NCBI GenBank assembly: GCA_043801595.1
Contig: JAZDLW010000019.1
Span: 1-64,000, forward strand
Length of the DNA: 64,000 nucleotides
Direction: 5' to 3'
From: Candidatus Aenigmatarchaeota archaeon
GTDB lineage: Archaea > Aenigmatarchaeota > Aenigmatarchaeia > JACPZZ01
The position numbers and the translations under genes were made by a program. The notes under the pieces are model-generated. The model saw nothing but the letters and a program-made list of their open reading frames with translations. It did not search any database and was not told where the DNA came from. This document shows, one piece after another, positions 58,617 to 64,000 of the stretch. Each line of letters starts with the position of its first letter. Position 1 is the first letter of the stretch.

Positions 58617-58697
58617 TCTCTCACTTGATGTATGTCCATGCCCATCCTTCCGGCCTCCAAACCTTAAACCCAAAGGATGGGATATGGACAATTTGAC

Positions 58698-58712
58698 TTA
58701 GCGCCGAGGAAG
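58698..58712. repeat. Copy of tRNA-Ser(TGA) 3' end (att-like site 2)
   Basis: TTAGCGCCGAGGAAG is identical to 60231-60245. Confidence 0.75.
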
Positions 58713-58900
58713 AACGACCCGGTTTATCAGGGTCATACAGCCTTCCGCACGAAACTATGATGAGCTTTCATGTTATTGGGGTCGCTGGAAAATAAAGGCG
58801 ACGGTAAAGCTCCCTTTTTGGCTGCATCTTGCCTAGTTTGCGGGTAAAGGCACCGAAATCTATAAAAACTATAACTGCTATAACACCTATAGGTGATATA

Positions 58901-59080
58901 GTGACCAACACTACAATAGCAGTGAGGAAAGAGACGAAAGAGCTGTTGAAGCACTTCGGCGGCAAAGGCGACACGTACGATGACGTTATCCAGAAGATGT
59001 CAGCGACATACGAAGAGTTTGTAAACACTCAATACAACCGTTTGACGGAAAAACATAAGTTCAAGAAGATGGACCTATGA
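58901..59080 (+). CDS. Putative antitoxin (ribbon-helix-helix-like)
   Basis: GTG after AGGTGAT; TTIAVRKETKELLK...TYDDVI; overlaps the toxin by 4 nt. Confidence 0.75.
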   Translation: MTNTTIAVRKETKELLKHFGGKGDTYDDVIQKMSATYEEFVNTQYNRLTEKHKFKKMDL

Positions 59081-59340
59081 TGGCTGTCCTGATACACGAC
59101 GCAGCCGATAAATCGCTAAGAAGTTTTGAGAAGAAAGTGCGGGAAAGGATAAAACAGCAAATAAAACTTCTGGCTGAGAACCCGTATTCCACACAGTTGG
59201 ACATCGTGAAACTCAAGGGAATAAACGACGGCCCGGACTTATTCAGGATGCGCGTCGGTAATTACAGGGTCATTTATTTCATCCAAGATGGGAAAATCCT
59301 TATAACGGATATAGGAAGACGGGAACGAATCTATGGTTGA
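59077..59340 (+). CDS. relE: RelE/ParE-family toxin
   Basis: LAENP, KLKG, FRMRVGNYRVIY, IGRRERIY. Confidence 0.9.
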   Translation: MMAVLIHDAADKSLRSFEKKVRERIKQQIKLLAENPYSTQLDIVKLKGINDGPDLFRMRVGNYRVIYFIQDGKILITDIGRRERIYG

Positions 59341-59414
59341 TCCGCATGGTTGGCAAATAAAACCGACGGTGGGGATCCCTCGCTAGTTTTAAGTTTAGAT
59401 ATTGAATTCTAATT

Positions 59415-60128
59415 ATGGCAGTCGATGACAAGCTATCTAAATATTGTAAAGGAATAATAGAATACCCATTTTATAGCCATCCTTATTTTTCTGACGCTAT
59501 TAACGCAAACGGAACTGTAGATGTTAAAAAATTTCAACAACGATATCAGACATTCTTATCAGATAAACGATTAAGACGATCCCTCTCTGATACTGAAAAA
59601 AAAGTGTTGCTGGGAAGAGCGGGCATAGAAGGTTACCAGAAAACCCAAAAGGAGATAGGAGCGGAAATGCGGCGATCCGGTAACAGAGTTTTTCAAATAG
59701 AAACAAAGGCGTTGAGAAAATTACTGCCAAGAAGCAACGGAGGTGTATTAGACGCACTCTACCTTGAAGAGTTTGAAGCCACAAGTGCGAAGTACGCTAA
59801 ATCGAAAGATTTTGATTTGGATTATATAAACCGAATTAAATCGCAGGCGGCGGCAAAGATCATGGAGGAAGAAGAAAAGACACGCAAACAAATACAGCTA
59901 ACTGAAGAAAATGCTCGTCATAAGGCTCATTTAACTGAGTACGGTATCCAACATTTAGGACTTTCATCACGCACAAATAACAGCTTATTGAGAGGAGGCG
60001 TCGATGTCATAGATCAGCTAGAAGAAAAAAGTGATGAAGAATTACTTAAAATACGAAATGTAGGAGTAAAGTCAATAAGAGAAGTTCGTGAAAGACTGGA
60101 AGCTTATCACAAACAAAGGAAGCCCTGA
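59415..60128 (+). CDS. Fusion of sigma-70 region-4 HTH and RNA polymerase alpha C-terminal domain
   Basis: LSDTEKKVL..R.G....TQKEIG......RVFQIETKALRKL; IQHLGLSSRTNNSLLRGG...EELLKIRNVGVKSIREV. Confidence 0.85.
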   Translation: MAVDDKLSKYCKGIIEYPFYSHPYFSDAINANGTVDVKKFQQRYQTFLSDKRLRRSLSDTEKKVLLGRAGIEGYQKTQKEIGAEMRRSGNRVFQIETKALRKLLPRSNGGVLDALYLEEFEATSAKYAKSKDFDLDYINRIKSQAAAKIMEEEEKTRKQIQLTEENARHKAHLTEYGIQHLGLSSRTNNSLLRGGVDVIDQLEEKSDEELLKIRNVGVKSIREVRERLEAYHKQRKP

Positions 60129-60234
60129 TCACAAGACTGTTATTTTGGTGAGGTCTCCAACCAGTGGGTCTCCTGGGCCGGGAGTTTACCCTATAATTGA
60201 ACTCCCTCGTATGGGCGTCCTCTAAAAAGATTAG

Positions 60235-60468
60235 CGCCGAGGAAGGGATTTGAACCCTTACGGGACTTGCGCCCCACCGGATTTCTAAGGCTCCAAACTT
60301 AAAGGATTCCTCATCTCGCCGCCGTGATCAGAATCAAGCCTTGTTGTCATAGCCTCTCAAGTATCGCCTATGCACCAATCATCTCTGGTATCAGCATATC
60401 CGGCGCATTTAACCTGGTTCTGCCTTCGATTGTACAGCTGGAATACTTCCAGCAGCAAAAACCTCGGC
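60235..60468 (-). tRNA. tRNA-Ser(TGA) with three predicted introns (8/9: 60425-60460; 30/31: 60363-60399; 37/38: 60283-60355)
   Basis: Removing three BHB-like inserts gives an 88-nt cloverleaf: GCCGAGG-TG-GCAGAACCAGGTTAAATGC-G-CCGGA-CTTGAGA-TCCGG-TGGGGCGCAAGTCCCGT-AAGGG-TTCAAAT-CCCTT-CCTCGGC-G. Confidence 0.8.
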
Positions 60469-60650
60469 TCTCCTCGGCATATTTTAATTGCGCGGAAAGG
60501 TTAATAAACGTCCGTTTGGCACGCCGCGTTTAGATACCAAGCTACGTCAAAAAATCACGCATAAATATGGCATATGACGTAGTTGAATGACAGGTATTAT
60601 AAAAAAAACATTCGCTAAATCTAAAAGAAACGAAAAACGGAATAATTGTT

Positions 60651-62366
60651 ATGACTAAACTTGTTTGGCTGATCGGAGGGGAAGCGGGCTTCGGAGTCCG
60701 TGAGGCCGGCCTGATATTCGCAAAAACGTGCACACATGCCGGTTTTAACATATTCGGGCACGTCGAATACCCGTCGCTGATACGCGGAGGGCATAACACA
60801 TACCAAGTCAGCGTTGATGACGAGGTTTTCTGCCAGTCGAAGAATGTCGATATCATTGTGGCGCTTAACAAGGAGACCATAGACAAGCACACAAACGAGC
60901 TTTCCAAAGGCGGCGCAATAATTTACGATTCCGGTTCGATGACAAAGGATGTTGAGAAAACTAACGCGTTGTTTTATCCGGTGCCGCTTAAGCAATTAGT
61001 AACGGAAACGGGCGGAAAGGACATAGTCCGCAACACGGTTGCAATAGGAGCGTCGTGCGCTGTTGTCGGCCTTGATTTTTCGTTTGTGAAAGATTCGCTC
61101 AGCGAAGAGTTTAAATCAAAGGGCGCGGAGATAGTCGAGATGAACGTTAAGGCTGCGAAAGCGGGCTATGATTACATAAAAAAGAATTTCAAGAATGAAT
61201 TCGCTTTCACGCTCAAACCGAAGAATAGAGAGGAAAAAATAGTACTGACAGGCAACGATGCGATCGGGATAGGTGCGGTAAAAGCGGGATGCAATTTCTA
61301 CGCAGGCTATCCGATGACGCCTGTAACATCGCTGATGCAGTTTTTTGCAGCCCACGCAAAGGATTATGAAATCGTTTTCCGAAATTCCGCCGACGAAATA
61401 GAAGCGATCAATATGGCAATCGGAGCTTCGTATGCCGGTGCAAAATCAATGACCGCGTCTTCAGGCGGCGGTTACGCGCTCATGGTCGAAGCAATCGGAA
61501 TGGCTGCGATGACAGAGATACCGGTTGTAATAGTTGAAGGGACGAGAACCGGACCTTCGACAGGCTTGCCGACGTGGACAGAGCAGGGCGATTTGCGATT
61601 CGTATTGCATTCGTCTCACGGCGAGTTTCCGCGAATAGTCGTTGCGCCCGGAGATGTCGAAGAATGCTATTACAAAACCATCGAGACATTCAATCTGGCC
61701 TACAAGTATCAGGTGCCTGCTGTCATATTGACAGACCGCCAGCTTGGCGAGAGCCATATGAGTACGGACAAGTTTGAGACGGATGCGAAGAATGACAAAT
61801 TCGTAATGGACGACAACGATGCGAAGAATGATTACAAAAGATTCGCTTTTACCGAGAGCGGATTATCGCCGCGCTCCGTGCCAGGGCAGAAAAACGGTCT
61901 TTATGTTGCAAACAGCTATGAGCATGACGAGACGGGCGTCTATGCTGAAGACGCCGATAATACGAAAAAGATGAAGGACAAAAGAATGAAAAAACTCGAA
62001 TTGATACTCAAGGAGATACCGGAACCCGTATTGCACGGGGAGAAGAATTCTGACATAACATTGATCGCGTGGGGATCAACAAAACTTCCGGCGCTGCAGG
62101 CAATAAAGATCCTTAATGAACAGAAAATAAGTGCGAACGTCTTGCAAATCGTTTACATGGAGCCTTTCAAATCCGAGGCTGTTGCGAAAATTCTAAACAA
62201 TGCTAAAAAACTGCTGATTGTTGAGAATAACCAGACAGCGCAGCTTGCCGGACTGATACGCGAGAAGACCGGTATCGAAATAAAGGAAAAATTGTTGAAA
62301 TACAACGGGCGGCAGTTTTTCGCAGAGGAGATCGCTGACAAAGCAAAGGAAATGCTAAAGAGATGA
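60651..62366 (+). CDS. korA: 2-oxoacid:ferredoxin oxidoreductase alpha subunit (gamma-alpha fusion)
   Basis: GGEAGFG, IRGGHN, GYPMTP, SSGGG, GPSTGLPT. Confidence 0.92.
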   Translation: MTKLVWLIGGEAGFGVREAGLIFAKTCTHAGFNIFGHVEYPSLIRGGHNTYQVSVDDEVFCQSKNVDIIVALNKETIDKHTNELSKGGAIIYDSGSMTKDVEKTNALFYPVPLKQLVTETGGKDIVRNTVAIGASCAVVGLDFSFVKDSLSEEFKSKGAEIVEMNVKAAKAGYDYIKKNFKNEFAFTLKPKNREEKIVLTGNDAIGIGAVKAGCNFYAGYPMTPVTSLMQFFAAHAKDYEIVFRNSADEIEAINMAIGASYAGAKSMTASSGGGYALMVEAIGMAAMTEIPVVIVEGTRTGPSTGLPTWTEQGDLRFVLHSSHGEFPRIVVAPGDVEECYYKTIETFNLAYKYQVPAVILTDRQLGESHMSTDKFETDAKNDKFVMDDNDAKNDYKRFAFTESGLSPRSVPGQKNGLYVANSYEHDETGVYAEDADNTKKMKDKRMKKLELILKEIPEPVLHGEKNSDITLIAWGSTKLPALQAIKILNEQKISANVLQIVYMEPFKSEAVAKILNNAKKLLIVENNQTAQLAGLIREKTGIEIKEKLLKYNGRQFFAEEIADKAKEMLKR

Positions 62367-62370
62367 AGAA

Positions 62371-63222
62371 ATGAAGATAGAAGATTTTGATTTTGGAACA
62401 AGGCCGAAATGGTGCCCCGGATGCGGGAACTTCTCAATATGGGTCGGGCTGCGCCAAGCACTGGTTGAGACGAACGTCGAACCGCACAATTTGTCTGTTG
62501 TCTACGGAATAGGATGTCACGGGCATTTGTCGAACATGCTGAGATGCTACGGTTTCGAGTCGTTACACGGACGGGAGATTCCGGTTGCCATCGGCGCGAA
62601 GCTTGCTAACAATAATCTCAAGGTTATCGCTGTTGCCGGTGACGGCGACTGCTACGGAGAAGGATTGAATCATTTCATCAATGCAGCGAGAATGAACGTA
62701 GGAATAACGCTGATGGTCTGCAATAACATGGTTTACGGTTTGACAGCAGGGCAGACGTCGCCGACATCGGAGAAAGGATTCAAAACAAAAACAACGCCTT
62801 CCGGTTCGATAGACACACCGATCAATCCGCTGGCTTTGGCAATATCAGCAGGCGCAACGTTTGTAGCGCGGGTTTTTGCAGGCGATCTTCAAAGCATGAA
62901 AAAAATAATCGCGGAGGCGATAAACCACAAAGGATTCGCACTTGTCGATGTTTTGCAGCCTTGCGTCACGTTCAACAAGATAAACACGCATGAATTTTAC
63001 CAGAAACACATTTACAGACTGCAGGACGAGAACCACGATATGGGCGACAAAGCCAAGGCGCTTGCGAAATCCTTTGAATGGGGCGAACGCATTCCCACGG
63101 GCATATTCTACAAGGAACAAAGACCAGCGTACGAGAGCTTGCTTCCGCGTGTTAAAATGCCGCTGTACAAACAGGACCGCACAAACGTGAACGTCGATAA
63201 GCTCATAGCTGAGTTTGCCTGA
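62371..63222 (+). CDS. korB: 2-oxoacid:ferredoxin oxidoreductase beta subunit
   Basis: WCPGCG, GIGCHG, GDGD, YGLTAGQTSPT, QPCVTFN. Confidence 0.92.
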   Translation: MKIEDFDFGTRPKWCPGCGNFSIWVGLRQALVETNVEPHNLSVVYGIGCHGHLSNMLRCYGFESLHGREIPVAIGAKLANNNLKVIAVAGDGDCYGEGLNHFINAARMNVGITLMVCNNMVYGLTAGQTSPTSEKGFKTKTTPSGSIDTPINPLALAISAGATFVARVFAGDLQSMKKIIAEAINHKGFALVDVLQPCVTFNKINTHEFYQKHIYRLQDENHDMGDKAKALAKSFEWGERIPTGIFYKEQRPAYESLLPRVKMPLYKQDRTNVNVDKLIAEFA

Positions 63223-63281
63223 TCGCTTATAGCGCGAAAACGCAAGGCGAGTTTTTTATACCAGAAGAGGCAACATTATTC

Positions 63282-63401
63282 ATGAAATGGGACTATGAAG
63301 GCCTTCATGTCGACGGATACATAATAAACAAGAAATTATTTCCGCTGATACTCATTTTCATCGGAATCGTTCTGCTGGCACTGATCGAAATCGCAAAATG
63401 A
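63282..63401 (+). CDS. Putative small single-TM protein (39 aa)
   Basis: MKWDYEGLHVDGYIINKKLFPLILIFIGIVLLALIEIAK. Confidence 0.45.
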   Translation: MKWDYEGLHVDGYIINKKLFPLILIFIGIVLLALIEIAK

Positions 63402-63443
63402 CCTGAAAACCGCGTTTTTAAGCGTTGCATAACTATTTTTATT

Positions 63444-63716
63444 ATGGTGAACGAACGCAGCGAGGCGCTGTTCAGGATTGTAGTTGCAATAGTTTCCGGT
63501 ATTGTTCTCGGCATTTGGAGAGTAGCGACAAAAATTGTCGCTGTCGTTCACTGGTTTATTGTTCTGATAACTAAAAAACGCGATGCTGAGCTTGCGTTGT
63601 TTTGCAACAGGTGGAACGTTGAGTATTACAGGTTTATCCGTTATCTGACTTTTGTAACGAACAAGCGGCCTTTTCCGTTTGAGCCGTTATCGAAAAAAGT
63701 CCCGCGAATGGAATAG
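63444..63716 (+). CDS. DUF4389-like small membrane protein
   Basis: WFIVLITKKR...YLTFVTNKRPFPF. Confidence 0.75.
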   Translation: MVNERSEALFRIVVAIVSGIVLGIWRVATKIVAVVHWFIVLITKKRDAELALFCNRWNVEYYRFIRYLTFVTNKRPFPFEPLSKKVPRME

Positions 63717-63730
63717 CTATTCAGGTGCGT

Positions 63731-64000
63731 TTAACAGCCGTATTTTTTGGCCCACGGCTCGCGTCCGAATTCCGAAGAGTCGCAGTATTCGGTGAATATG
63801 TATCCGAAACCGTTTTCGAGCAGCGCGCTATTTAGGTTTTTATTGTTGCAATAAACCACAGCAACAGTCCGGCCGTAGCTTCCCTTTGTCTGTTTATCAT
63901 CTTCGTCCACGATTGCGGTTGATCCTATCGGGCATAACGACGATGTGAAGTTCGTGGCTTCGTCGCCGCCCTCCTCGCCTTTTTCCGGCGCGTTGACAAG
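63731..64000 (-). CDS. Thermonuclease (SNase-like) family protein, 3' part
   Basis: Manual translation LVNAPE...EATNF...SYGRTVAVVYC...LNSALLENG. Confidence 0.8.
   Translation of the reverse strand, partial: LVNAPEKGEEGGDEATNFTSSLCPIGSTAIVDEDDKQTKGSYGRTVAVVYCNNKNLNSALLENGFGYIFTEYCDSSEFGREPWAKKYGC

Noticed and set aside
58651..58678. Short resemblance (CTCCAAAC..TTAAA..AAAGGA) to tRNA-Ser intron 3
   Set aside because: Too short and gapped to distinguish from chance
60283..60399. C/D-box-like words (CTGA, ATGA) in the tRNA-Ser introns
   Set aside because: No complete box C (RTGATGA) or guide complementarity could be identified by eye
182..63551. Many antisense or alternative-frame ORFs of 60-220 aa in the ORF track
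   Set aside because: They are shadows of well-supported genes and carry no recognisable motifs
1..64000. rRNA, RNase P RNA, SRP RNA, integrase, transposase or reverse transcriptase genes
   Set aside because: No diagnostic motifs were seen in the window

Overview
Archaeal chromosomal segment, probably from a DPANN lineage (inferred from a fused PriS-PriL primase, compact operons and GGTGA-type ribosome-binding sites). Most of it is housekeeping: an upper mevalonate operon, replication genes (RPA-like, PCNA, primase, GINS), a gluconeogenesis operon, pyrBCD, ribosomal/translation operons, secY and a 2-oxoacid:ferredoxin oxidoreductase. There are six tRNA genes, three with introns; tRNA-Ser(TGA) appears to have three. 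The best candidate for an undescribed system is a tight four-gene operon (10356-14997) made entirely of class Ic aminoacyl-tRNA-synthetase-like proteins. Two divergent TrpRS paralogues flank two TyrRS-fold proteins that have lost the HIGH motif and carry cyclodipeptide-synthase-like residues. The operon is divergent from a PLP aminotransferase, a eukaryote-type chorismate mutase and a methyltransferase. Other oddities: a sigma70-region-4/RNAP-alpha-CTD fusion and a RelE toxin-antitoxin pair in islets bounded by tRNA 3'-end repeats; a probable orphan DGR target; a modular palindromic repeat family that has entered a tRNA intron and the rpS5 coding sequence; and a 17-bp direct-repeat-flanked FkbM islet beside a broken ogt gene. 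All calls come from reading motifs by eye; no database searches were run.
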